A DNA stretch of 64,000 nt from Setoptus koraiensis (Eukaryota; Animalia; Arthropoda). Shown here piece after piece: positions 49,611-61,243 of the stretch. The stretch is taken from assembly GCA_048013815.1 (NCBI GenBank), contig CM106586.1, positions 3,658,001-3,722,000 on the forward strand. The letters run 5' to 3'. The notes under the pieces were generated by a model. It did no database searches. It saw nothing but the letters and a program-made list of their open reading frames with translations, and was not told the origin of the DNA. Position 1 is the stretch's first letter, and the number at the start of each line of letters is the position of its first letter. The translations under genes were made by a program, and so were the position numbers.

Positions 49611-50983
49611 ATGAATCGACTAGTTATACTTTGTGCAATAGTTTCAATCATACCTACAGTTTTTTTGGAGGCCCAAGAGACTTTTGTAAGTATAATATAG
49701 CAATTATAGACCGAACTTCCTTATTTTGTTCCAATTCAAACAACTAATTTTTGTTACATTCACCCACTAATCCGAAGAGCGGTGATGAGGATGTTAATTT
49801 AAATAATGAAATTAGTCCCCGCGATGCCTTTGTCCCTGAAAAGTCCGAGCTGTACCGATTCAGTCGTTCATCTGATTACCAAGTATTTGAGCCACAACAG
49901 AGACTAGAGGCCTCATCAGGGCATGGCTCTTCTAGGCAAAGTGAGGGTTCTGCCTCATCGAGTCGCCTTCTATCCTCCGCATCCAGTGACGAATCATCTT
50001 CATCATCGTCGTCATCATCTCAATCATCTCAAACAACAACTACAACTACCACCACTACACAACAGCAACCTCAAGTGACTGCGAGATTGCAAGAGATCAG
50101 AGTGCATACGATACCTCATTCGCAAGCCATACATTATCCTGGCTTTATAGTGGTACCACAAAGTAGTGTTATTAGACAGGAAGCATCTAATGAAGGATCA
50201 AAATCAGCTAGGATTGAGGAGCAGTCGGAGACCTCTCAACAATCGTCGTCTAGCAAGAACAGTGAAGCTGAGACTGTATCAGTGGTACAACCGCCGGCAG
50301 CCACAACTTTCGTGATCAAGCCATCACTTGCTCCAGTTGGCCCCGATTGTGTTCTACATAGACTAATCGTAGAGCGACCTGTGACAGATTCTTTAGTTAT
50401 CTCTGTTCCAAACACAATAAATATCAGCAAGTCGTCATCAAGCTCCTCCTCATCATCTGCACGCATCACCGATGTGACACCTGCTGTTGAACCGCCGGCA
50501 GTCGTTCCACCAGTGTGTTGTTTTGTCAAGAAAACAACTCCATTGGCAAGATTGGTTGTACCACCGCCACCACCACAACCTTCTGGAAGCTTGAAAGAAG
50601 AACATTTCCACCAAGAAAGTAGATCAAGTCGCGAGGAAACACACGGTTTGGGTTCATCTTCCGTATCATCTTCATCTTCTTCATCATCGTCGTCATCTTC
50701 TAAGACTCAGCAAAAGTCTACAGAGACTTCGGCCGCCATCCATCTTGCACCAGTGCCGGCCCCAATCATTGTAGCTGAGGCTCCGAAGCCTGTTGTATTG
50801 GCCGCTATAAAAGCAATACCTGTGCAATCGAACGATCATTACTCAGTAAATGTTGATCATCACTACTCTGGACCAAACGTCAAGTATGGTTATTCAATTA
50901 AGCAATCATCTTCAGAACAACCGAAAATTGACAGCGCTAAATTGATAGCTGGAGACCGCGTTCTATATTTCAGCAAGAAATAA
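49611..50983 (+). CDS. Secreted Ser/Thr/Pro-rich low-complexity protein of unknown function (possibly cuticular), 426 aa
   Basis: Exon 1 49611-49685 encodes a signal peptide (MNRLVILCAIVSIIPTVFLEA) and ends at gtaagt; acceptor AG at 49776-49777 is in frame with the long ORF to 50983 (1281 nt total). Poly-Ser and poly-Thr tracts, PAPIIV/APKPVV segments. Confidence 0.75.
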
Positions 50984-51196
50984 TCAATTTCAAGCATATC
51001 AAATCTTGGCCTCTGTTGCAACGTAATCATCATTCGCAGTAACATTTAACTATATTATGTATTATGCATGTTTGTGTATATCTAAATGAGATCACATTGA
51101 ACTGAGTTTGATAGGTTACGAACATCATTAATAAAGTGTCAGGATTTTAACCTAATATTTTTCTTTTGTACAAAGTATCAACTATGCTTGAATAAA

Positions 51197-52691
51197 TCAC
51201 AGTACTTCGAGATCGACATGTTTCACCCTAGGATGAGTTCGCTATTCATTTGACAGAGTTCATAATTAGTAGGTGAAAAGAAGAGGAATAGAAACAAATT
51301 GTGGAATGAAAGTTAGTTTGAGTGCCATCAGGTGACAAAGTTACTATATTGTAGCAATAGATACTTACTCTCAATTCCTTTTCGATACGGTCGACTTCAG
51401 CGCCTAGTGTATCTACAACATTTTCACCGTGCTTGATAACGAATTTCGCAGCGTCTTTCTCATCCTTGATAAGTCTAATCTCATCAAGGAGTGCACCTTT
51501 ATCAATCTTTTCGATATATCGCTTGGATAATTCACGACCATCAACATCAACCTCAGCTTTATATCTGATAACTCCATTTCCGAGATCTGTTGCTTTCACA
51601 TCATGTATAGCCCGTATGATAACATCTTTTTCTATAATTTGATTGATGGCATTCAATGTATCACTTGGTATAGAACGACCTACCAATGCAACGGTATTTT
51701 TCTTGATAATGAACGTGGCTACTCCTCCTAATAGACTTCCGATGAGTATTGATCCCACGGCATCAAATACGTGGGAACCATAATAAGACGTAAGGGCCAT
51801 GCACGATGCTGCGATGCCGATGCCCAAAACAGCTGCAACGTCTTCCAGTAACACAACTATAACTCCGGGATCTCTATTTCTGGCTATGTAGTCTTTCATG
51901 CTGATTTTGGAATTCCTCGCCCCTATGTTGAGAGCTCTTACTGCCATAAATAAAGTAGCACTTTCGGAAATCAACGAAAATGCGAGTATTGCATACGCCC
52001 ATGATGGAGAGCAAGTCAAGTCAGGTTGCAGCAATCCCTCAATCCCATGATATACCGACAGACCACAACCAACACAGAATATTCCAACACCTGATATGAG
52101 AGGTGCTATATAACGCATTGGATGATAACCATAAGGGTGATCAGGGGTAGGACTCTGCAAGGATTTTCGGATGCCTACAGCTAATATCAATTGATTGGCT
52201 GTGTCGGCGAAAGAATGAATGGCTTCGGCGAATAAAGAATGAGATCCAGTGTAGAACCAGGCTCCAGATTTTGCGACGAAGTTAGCAAAATTTATAATCA
52301 CAGCACCCCAAACAACTCGACTAGAACTTCTAAGTGTCTCCTCTTCTTCTTTGCTCTCAATGGAAGACGATTGCCTTATCGCCTCATCGATGGGCATTCC
52401 ACGAATGAATCTATCTATGTGCCACATCTTCTCTGGTGAGTTCGGTCGATATTTACGATATGCTGCGGATCCTCTCGCCTCGTGTGGCTCAACCTTGGGT
52501 GTTTGAATTATCTCATTATAATGTGGACGTCTGCGAGGTCTCGGCAGCCAATTGTTGTAAATATCAGGATCTTTAATTAAATATGATCCCACCCAAGCTG
52601 ATGCAACTGTGTTATTGTTAAGTGACGACTGACTGCAAGCTTCTGTCCTCATCACAGCCAACTTGAGGGCCTGTTTAGAAAAGGCAAACAT
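51197..52691 (-). CDS. SLC30A9: SLC30A9/ZnT9 mitochondrial zinc transporter with an mRpL22-derived N-terminus; 455 aa
   Basis: Exon 1 52691-51369, 127-nt intron (gtaagt...aatag), exon 2 51241-51197 encoding RTHPRVKHVDLEVL*. Motifs AWFYTGSHSLFAEAIHSFADTANQ, HPYGYH, VVLLEDVAAV, IHDVKATD, YKAEVDVDG, DTLGAEVDRIEKEL. ATG at 52691 preferred over the ORF-track start at 52916. Confidence 0.92.
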
Positions 52692-53163
52692 ATTGGATCG
52701 GTGTAATAAGTGAGAGCCTAATGTAGAAGAGATTTTTTTGTCTTGCAAGCAATACGTAAATAGACTGGTTAAAAATCTATTGAGGCACTTTCTATTTGTT
52801 GCTAACATATGATTCCTGAATGTCATTTCTTGGTCATTCGTATTTAGCGCCATTACGAAGGCTACTCTGCGCACAGCGGAAAGCATGACAGACAGACACA
52901 CGCAAAAAAAATGCATATACGCGAAACTACCGCTACTAAACCATCGGCGGTATGCAAATATATTGTTTGTTTGTTATTACACTACATTTATGACTAACAA
53001 GTCCAATATAATCAATTCTAATTTAACTAAATAGGATATTACTATCAATCAAGAATCATTTATTTCTTACATACAGATCATGATAGACCGAGAGAATGGA
53101 ATTTACGAGGAGCCGGAACCGGACTTCAACGATCCGGAGAACTTTGAAGACACCATAACCGAT
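52371..53163. repeat. Copy B of the inverted segmental duplication
   Basis: Reverse complement shares catgatctgtatgt.agaaataaatgattc, gtaatggcgctaaatacgaatga.caagaaat and tctacattaggctctcacttattacaccgatccaatatgtttgcctt with copy A; central 55 bp (52770-52824) differs. Confidence 0.95.
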
Positions 53164-55252
53164 CAGGAACTTCTGGGTGATCTCTTAAAGCAGAAGCCTC
53201 AAAAATATGACGGCCTTTCAGCGTCCATTGTCATAGACGGTCTTCCTCCAGTTGGTCCAGATAAATTGGAAAAGCTCAAAGGTGTTATAAACAAATTAGT
53301 GACAAAATATGGTACACCTGTCACTACTGACTACCCCTTAGATGACAACGGCAATACTAAAGGGTAAGTATTTTTTAACTGTTGTCATTTGCTATAAGGT
53401 CTTCTAATGCTTCTAGTTGTATTAATAAGAGAATCTTCCTATACTTCTTGTCTGTTCCACTCTTCACAATAGATTCCTATTTGTCGAATTTGAGAACGCC
53501 ACACAAGCCATGGCTGCCGTCAAAGGACTTGAGAGGGGTCACCGTCTTGATAAGCAACATAAATTACAAGTCAATGCTTTCCATGATATCTCTAAATATT
53601 CAAATCTAACCAAGAATTGGACCCAGCCAAAACCACAGGCTTATGTTGACAGAGGAAATCTTAGATCTTGGCTCTTGGAACCAAACTGCTATGATCAGTA
53701 TGGTGTGGTCCACAACGGTGGCATGTCCACTAGTATTTATTTGAACACAAATCCAGAGCCGACAGTGATTAAAACGCGTGAATTATGGACAGAATCTATC
53801 ATCTGTTGGTCACCCAATGGTACATATCTAGCTACATGCCATGCCAAAGGTATCGCCTTATGGGCTGGAGCGGACTTTGGCTGCAAAATACAAAAATTTG
53901 TACATGAAGATGTCAACTTTTTAGACTTCTCACCTAGCGAGCAATACTTGGTTACATTCAGCCCAAATCTGGCTCAGCAGGGAGACCAGCATGCTATAAT
54001 TATTTGGGAGATAAGATCTGGAGCCAAAAAACGTTGGTTCCCAGTAGATGAGGCTCAATGCCCTTGGCCTCTATTTAGGTGGTCCCACGATGATAAATTC
54101 TTCGCCAAGATGAATCAAGATTCGTTGAGTGTTTATTCAGTGAACGAAACACCACCATTCGGTTTATTAGACAAAAAGTCTATCAAAATTAATGGCATCA
54201 AGGGTTTCACTTGGTCTCCAACTGACAACATACTAGCGTACTGGGTAGCCGAAGACCAAAATGTTCCAGCTCGTGTAACTTTAATGGATATGCCTTCGAA
54301 GACAGAACTAAGATCCAAAAATTTATTCAACGTTGCAGATTGTAAGATGTACTGGCAAAAACATGGAGATTATTTATGCGTTCAAGTTCAACGTTATGCC
54401 AAAGCCAGAAAAGAGAAGAACGAGTGGAAATACAGTGGCCTCTACTACAACTATGAAATATTCTATTTAAGAGCCAAGTTGGTACCTGTTGATAGCTTCG
54501 AAATCAAGGAAATTGTGGTCTCCTTTGCATGGGAACCAATCGGCAACAAATTTGGTATTATAGTAGGAGAAACAGCTCAACACTCTGTTTTATTCTATGA
54601 AATTAAAGGTGACAAAGTAGAATTAGTAAAGAGATTCGAAAACAAGACCTGCAATCAGTTGTTTTGGTCACCCGCCGGCCAATTTGTCCTTCTTGCAAGT
54701 CCCCGCGGAGGTATGAACCGACAACTTGAATGGATTGATACATCTGATATGACTGTCACAGCAAAGAATGAGCACTTCATGATGACTGATGTCGAATGGG
54801 ATCCAACAGGACGCTACGTAACTACGATGGTCAGTTATTGGGAACACAAAGCTGATAACTCTTATTGGCTCTGGTCGTTCAATGGTCGATTAATACGAAA
54901 GCACAACCTAGAGGGCTTTTGTCAGTTACTGTGGCGTCCTAGGCCGCCCACCTTACTATCAGCAGAAAAGATTGCTGAGATAAAGAAGAACCTAAAGAAT
55001 TACTCCAATCAATTTGACCTCAAGGATAAAGCAGCGAGCAACCAAGTTTCACGGACCATTTTGGAGAAGAGGAAGAAACTGGTTAGTGAATTCGAGGCCT
55101 ATCGCCAAAGTAAGAGGCAAGCCTTTGAAGCTATGGTTGCAGAGCTACGAAGCATGAGGAACGGAAAGTTATTGAGACCCGACGATGAAGATATTGTACA
55201 GGAAGAAGTTATAGAATTATTTGTAAAAGAGGAAACGCTACCCGTCAATTGA
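53080..55252 (+). CDS. eIF3b: Eukaryotic translation initiation factor 3 subunit B (RRM plus beta-propeller), 687 aa
   Basis: Exons 53080-53363 and 53473-55252 (phase-2 GT-AG; 2064 nt). EEPEPDFNDP...ELLGDLL, IVIDGLPPVG, TKG|FLFVEF (RNP1), LDKQH, WSPNGTYLAT, WSHDDKFFA, EWDPTGRYV, LWRPRPPTLL. Probable 5' intron 52950-53076; an in-frame ATG at 52911 could add 14 aa. Confidence 0.96.
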
Positions 55253-57869
55253 TTAGTATTATAATATGATTAATTCTAACGAAAGTAAAAAACAGATGGA
55301 AACATCTCTACATGATGGGTCATGCCGTACAAACAAAACAGAAAACTCCATGTCACGATATTTACGCAAGTCACTATCACATTATTTATTTGTGAATTCT
55401 CTCACTCCAATATTGTGTCCTCAAGCTGCTGGGTAGATTATTAGATGTGAAAGAATAGTAGATATACCCGTTTGTGTGTTTATCGCAAATGAGATGGATT
55501 GAAGCTAGTTGTTGTATCCGCGCAGCACAGAGAAACGTATTGCACTTGGGCTATATATCTAGACACACTAGATTGGGAATGGTGATTGTCATCGTTGTTT
55601 ATTCATTGCAGCTGCATCTGTATATTCTATATGAACTAGATCTAGCTGAAGTGTAGAGAATTCGAACGGTTCTATGGATAAATACTTATACACTTCCAGT
55701 ACGCTATAGTGTATGTGTGCAAATGTGGTTGTGTGATTATTTGGTAGTGGTTTGGCGTTAGTTTATAGATGATTGTTATTGTTGGAAGTAAAGGAGACAG
55801 CGCGAGTTAAATGGCTGAAACATGATCGAAGCTAGAATGATGCAATGGAGTTTTAAAGCGTTCTATGTCTTTACAAGACTCTAGGGTATGGTTAGTGATA
55901 CCTTCATTTCCACTATTCACAACAGTTCAATATCACCGTTCAATGGCTCATCATAATTGTAATTGCTGTAAACAACAATGTCGTCAGTGTTACAACAGTT
56001 TTCGTTGTATACTGACACTGTGGTGTGACAGAAAAGACTTGGTAATGCTCTTTAGTTACCCCTACCGCACCACTACAGTACTAGCATGAAATTTCTGTAT
56101 GATAATGCTAGAAAACTGCTGCTTTAATATCGTTATCAAACCCGATGTGATGGCCGTCTGGGTATCAAGTATGCCAAGCTAGTCTTCGACGCTTTTGATT
56201 GTTCAAGTGCTTGTTCAATTGATGTTTATCAAAGAATATGGGTAGATGTATATTAGCTGTAGGAGCTCGTTCGCCAATAGCGAACAAAGATTTTGACAGA
56301 TCGAATGATACAGGCAAACATCACACGGTCTCTTTAAACCTCGTCAATTCTGTGCCTCGTGCTGAGCAGAACTCAACTTGGCCATTTAAAAATAATTTAT
56401 GAGCCTTGTACATTCATTGTGAAAACGCTCAGACACTTCATGCATTATTCGAGAAATATCCAGGAGCAGGACTATTCATGAATTTCTAGTATACATTGGA
56501 TAGGCATGGAAATTTCACCACGAAAATTCTGCACAGTTCGCGGTGCGGATGGGCGACCTTTAGAGGCAGTTTACAACAGCGCTGTATCAAACACACTGGC
56601 GGGGAGAGAGAGAGGAGCAGCAGCATTTATCCAGTGGGAAACAAATACACACGAACAAAAACACACAACATGTAGGCAAAAGTTAAATAACAAGTGCGTG
56701 AACAACAACAAAACGTAGTTAGCAGGCTTTGCTATGGTGCCTTTGAATGTTGACTAGCTCGTAGCATAGGTGTCTATCGGGAGAGAAAGAGAGAGCAGCA
56801 GCAGCAGCAACAGCGGCAGCTCGTTAAGTCTGAGAAGGTTTCTCTAGTAGGCGCAAAGCGTCAGAATATCCACTGCTCTGCACTAGCTTACATAATAATG
56901 TATTTTCAGTTTGGAACGTGAATGCTACGCACAAAGCGAACTGAGAATCTGTGCAAAACGAGCTCGGTGTGCGTGAACACAAGAGTGAGGGTCCTCTCTT
57001 TGCCACAGTATTGTGCAGTGTAGATTCTTTCTTATCACGTAGACTGTTGTGGCTAGACACGAGTAGAATAAATCTGCTACAAGCAGCATCTCATGACGCC
57101 CTCCTAAGAATGAACTACCTGACGATGACGATTCAAACCCAATGATTCGATATCAAGTTTCGTGACACATGATCATTTCTTCATGATTATAGTACTAGTC
57201 AACAATATAATCTACTGTATGTATTATGGCAAGATTGCGCACCATCTAATATCTGTTCTACTTTTTATGCATCAACTTGGTGCACTGTGCACCAAATTCG
57301 TTGTGTGCGTGTATGGTATTGCCAGAGGTGGCGTAGAACATTTCCAACTATTGGAATCTTTGATGCTCCCTTCATCTTCGCAACTCTCACTTTCTCACTG
57401 TGTCCCCTACTCTGCATCTCCCTATAGCTTCACTATAAATTTATACTGTTCTATACTGAACCGTATGTATTGGCTTCCGATAACGCGCACACACACACAC
57501 ACACACACGCACACACACTCACTTGCACAAACACACACACACACCAACAACACACAAGCACTCTTGCACTTCTCTAGATTCGAGTTGCTGTCGGGCCATT
57601 AGAATCGGATTTCCATTATAATATATTCGCCACACAACTGTCTCTTTGCCATTTGTAACATCATCATCATCATTATTATTATTACTATACATATATATAT
57701 ATAATATATATATAGTTGAGATAATTATCATTGTAATTACTATTTTATAAAACCACCATCATTATTCTCTCACACATACACACACAAACACACGCACACA
57801 CACACACTCACACTGCTCGCACACACACACACACAGACACACATCCAGCTAGATAAGGCACAAACGAAT

Positions 57870-58070
57870 ATCAGCCATTATTATTATCATTATTATTAGT
57901 ATCATTCTCATTAATATTATTGCTACTCCTATATAACTATTATTATTACTATTACTATCATCATTATTACTATTATTATTATTATTATTACTATTATTAT
58001 TATTACTATTATTATTATTGCATAACTATTATTATTATTATTATTACGTAACTATCATTATTATTAAAAC
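57870..58070. repeat. Compound (TAT/TAC/CAT)n triplet array just upstream of Pka-R1, preceded by (CA)n tracts
   Basis: Read directly; ends about 55 bp before the ATG at 58124. Confidence 0.9.
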
Positions 58071-58123
58071 AACCACCTTTGTAATATCATCGATATTAAT
58101 AATATTCATATTACCAAAGAAAG

Positions 58124-59182
58124 ATGGCCGACGCCGCAATTAAGGATTGTGAACGTTATGTAGAGCAGCACAAAATTCAAGGAATACTTAGAGATTGTAT
58201 AATACAATTGTGCGTACACAAACCAGACAATCCCATCACCTATCTTAAGCAATATTTTGAAAAATTGGATAGAAGCGAACAAGATGAATTATCGCCTACG
58301 CCCACTGTACAAGCCAGAACAAGAAGAGGAGCAGTATCGGCTGAGACTTATTCAGAGGACGACGCAGCGAATTATGTTAAGAAGGTAGTACCAAAGGATT
58401 ACAGAACCACGTCTGCCCTATCTAAGGCCATAGAGAAGAATGTCTTATTTGCCCATCTAGATGAAAGAGAGAAAGGCGATATATTTGACGCTATGTTCCC
58501 GGTTTTACACAAGGCTAACGAACTCATAATTAAACAAGGAGACGAGGGAGACAATTTTTATGTAATAGATGAGGGTGAAGTAGACGTCTATGTCAACAAT
58601 AATTTAGTCACATCAATATCAGAAACAGGAGCTTTTGGTGAATTAGCACTTATTTATGGTACGCCTCGTGCAGCAACAGTAAAAGCCAAAACAGATGTCA
58701 AGTTATGGGCCATCGATCGGGACACTTATCGTAGAATATTGATGGGTAGCACGATTAGAAAACGTAAATTGTATGAAGAATTTTTAAGTAAAGTTTCTAT
58801 ATTAGATAGTTTAGATAAATGGGAACGTCTAACCATTGCCGACGCTTTAGTACCAATAACGTTTGAAGATAACTGCACAGTAGTTCAGCAAGGCCAAGCA
58901 GGTGAAGATTTCTACATTATTGAGGAGGGCAAAGCTATAGTTTTACAACAACGAAATAAAGATGAACCTCAGGTTGAAGTGGGACAACTTGGATCGGGTG
59001 ATTATTTTGGAGAGATCGCTTTATTATTTAACCGACCTAGAGCGGCAACAGTGCGCTCCTCTGGCACCCTCAAGTGTGTCAAGCTCGACAGGGCAAGGTT
59101 TGAGCGATTGCTCGGTAACTTAGGCGATATTCTCAAACGTAATATGGAGCACTACAATTCTTTAATATCGTTATCTGTTTAA
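58124..59182 (+). CDS. Pka-R1: cAMP-dependent protein kinase type I regulatory subunit, 352 aa, intronless
   Basis: Dimerisation/docking region ([18 protein letters not shown]...[12 protein letters not shown]), pseudosubstrate RRGAVSAE, two cNMP pockets [15 protein letters not shown] and [15 protein letters not shown]. Confidence 0.97.
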   Translation: MADAAIKDCERYVEQHKIQGILRDCIIQLCVHKPDNPITYLKQYFEKLDRSEQDELSPTPTVQARTRRGAVSAETYSEDDAANYVKKVVPKDYRTTSALSKAIEKNVLFAHLDEREKGDIFDAMFPVLHKANELIIKQGDEGDNFYVIDEGEVDVYVNNNLVTSISETGAFGELALIYGTPRAATVKAKTDVKLWAIDRDTYRRILMGSTIRKRKLYEEFLSKVSILDSLDKWERLTIADALVPITFEDNCTVVQQGQAGEDFYIIEEGKAIVLQQRNKDEPQVEVGQLGSGDYFGEIALLFNRPRAATVRSSGTLKCVKLDRARFERLLGNLGDILKRNMEHYNSLISLSV

Positions 59183-59386
59183 GACGAACCAAAGATATAT
59201 AGTTAATAAACATAAATACATACAAACATTTAAACATATGTGTAATGTGAATGCACAAGAGCTTAACGACGGAAAATATATAATTGTATATATATAATTT
59301 GTCCCAGCCTATTGACTGAGGTAAAAACCAATCGCAATGTGGGTTGTTGATACTATGAACAATTTGTACGATTTCTTACTGGCTTA

Positions 59387-60322
59387 TTACTGATAATAAT
59401 GTTTATTTTGTTGTTGAAATTCGTTAGGGTTGTGCATGGTGATATTTTCTATGTGCTCATTGGCTGGTCGTATTGTGATTATGAGATTAGATGAATTGGC
59501 GACCATCATGTCAGTGACCTGATCTAATGTCTTACCTTCAGTAATTTCGATTCCATTAACCTCTAATACTTCGTCATTAACGGCCAACAGGCCAGTGCTT
59601 TCTGCCAGTCCACCGGGGACTAGCCTACTGATAAAAATCCCACACACTGTTACAATTTCGCCTTGTTGTGTCACGCGCTTGTAAGTTCCATCTCGAATAT
59701 AAAAGCCCAATGGCTTATCGGAGCCCCTTCTGACCAATCGAACACGACGACAAGCCTTGGGAACTGTGTCCACATCAATAATGGAGGAGACTTGCCTGAA
59801 ATCTTCCGGTCTGCCTATGGACGGTCTATTACCATCATGATCTGTCGATGGTGAAATCAAACTGGATAGCACATTAAAATTTTGCTTCTTTCTCCTAGTG
59901 AAACTATGATTATTTTGGATAACTCCCTCCTTTTCAATGTATAGTTTTAACAATGGACGGATGCTATTGGTGTTGCGGGCTTGGAATGACGATAATACAT
60001 ATCTAATTGTTTTGGCGAAATTTTCATCATTATTTATTGGAAGGAAATAATCTTCGTGGTCAAGATAGAAAATATCAAAACTTATTGCCTCTAGTTGATG
60101 GATGGTCTGGATTTTCTTTTTAAAATTTTTAAAACTCTGAATTTCGTCTGATTTGAGCGCATACCGGCGGAATTCGACCCCGATCTAATAAGGAAAGATT
60201 ATTTTGGAAAGCATATATTGTTGGATATGATATGTAAATTGGAATCGGTCTAACGCTTTAGAGAATTCTGCAATGCAACATGTACTTACCTTACTTTTGA
60301 TGGATATAATATTGGTGCTCAT
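59387..60322 (-). CDS. par-6: Polarity protein Par-6 (PB1, semi-CRIB, PDZ), 276 aa
   Basis: Exon 1 60322-60290 (MSTNIISIKSK then gtaagt), 105-nt intron, exon 2 60184-59387 (IGVEFRRY...LPINNDENF...PLLKLYIEK; IGRPEDFRQVSSIIDVD; RRVRL...KPLGFYIRDG; GIFISRLVPGGLAESTGLLAVNDEVLEVNG). The PB1 part is missed by the ORF track because it has no in-frame start codon. Confidence 0.93.
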
Positions 60323-60634
60323 TTTGAAGCTATTTAAATTATTTGTTAAATTATAATTGAATGTTCTATTTTTTGTCTAAATAAAAACAACTTGTTGGTA
60401 TAAATAATTTCATCGTATTATTAACATGAAATTGCAGTCAAATCAGAACACATCACAGCAGCATTCAAGATTTATTCTTGAGACGCATCCAACAATACTG
60501 ATGGATGGTAGGGGCTGGTACAGGTGGTCTAATAGCAAGAACACAGGTGAACACAAAAGACTCGTTTGAGTAACTCAAGCTACATTGAGCAGCGGCAACA
60601 GCAGGCTAGTTGGAGAAATTTCATCCGTCAAAAT

Positions 60635-61243
60635 TTATTTTAATAATAATTTTCTACTTTGTTTATACTCTTTTGCACCTATAAGAAACATTGTTAAAGA
60701 GGACATTACTAATGCAGATAATATACCTTTGGTATAAGGTTTGAAAGCTGTAATTAGAAAGTTCCTTGTTATAGATCGTGATTCTTTATCGGCCCAAAAT
60801 CTTTCCGGGATAATTAAAATGCCGGCATGATGTGCAGCCGCAAAAGACATTCCAAAGCACATTATGCCTGCATATAAATTGCATATCTGGTGAGCTAGAA
60901 TCGAACGCACTCCATAGCGGAATTGGCCTTCATCGCGATATGGTCTCGTCAAATTTCTATGCACTAACTCAGAATGGGACACGTAGCCCGCATATGTAGT
61001 GGGTAAAACTGCCGCTGACAGTGTTGAAAGACGATGGACACCATATTTAAATAGATTGAAGGCTCTTCTAGAAACTTTCCAAAAGTATAAGCTTGATGTT
61101 AATACAACTACGGCAGAAAGATGGGGTGCGTACTCGATGAGAATCCTTTCACGCAAAGAGGCCTGCCTCAGTCTCGCGGCGTAACTCAATAGTAATCTCT
61201 CGTGATCCTCTAAGGTGATATTCTTTTTTTGATTTATGACCAT
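60635..61243 (-). CDS. TMEM126-like (DUF1370) mitochondrial inner-membrane protein, about 202 aa
   Basis: First in-frame ATG at 61243 (MVINQKK). Four hydrophobic segments with TMEM126-like spacing (RRAFNLFKYG...LSAAVLPT...H..LV). Recognition from memory, divergent. Confidence 0.55.
   Translation of the reverse strand: MVINQKKNITLEDHERLLLSYAARLRQASLRERILIEYAPHLSAVVVLTSSLYFWKVSRRAFNLFKYGVHRLSTLSAAVLPTTYAGYVSHSELVHRNLTRPYRDEGQFRYGVRSILAHQICNLYAGIMCFGMSFAAAHHAGILIIPERFWADKESRSITRNFLITAFKPYTKGILSALVMSSLTMFLIGAKEYKQSRKLLLK

Noticed and set aside
50236-50529. Antisense ORFs over real genes (also 5529-6241, 22118-22513, 44406-44603, 47141-47356, 63430-63627)
   Set aside because: Shadow ORFs produced by the codon bias and low complexity of the sense-strand genes.
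52692-52916. ORF-track N-terminal extension of SLC30A9 (and similar GTG/TTG starts at 4931, 49751, 59953, 61318)
   Set aside because: Non-ATG or promoter-internal starts from a prokaryote-style ORF caller. The homologous region in copy A is non-coding, and ATG 52691 matches the mRpL22 start.
47650-53163. Duplication as a simple assembly artefact
   Set aside because: The copies are clearly diverged (substitutions, indels, different middles) and all fusion junctions keep long open frames, which collapsed or duplicated reads would not produce. Long-read confirmation is still advisable.
55538-55548. miR-92-like TATTGCACTTG
   Set aside because: Only 11 nt match; the 3' half differs and no precursor hairpin is evident.
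56193-56203. miR-315-like TTTTGATTGTT
   Set aside because: An 11-nt AT-rich match only; the remainder differs and the stem is unconvincing.
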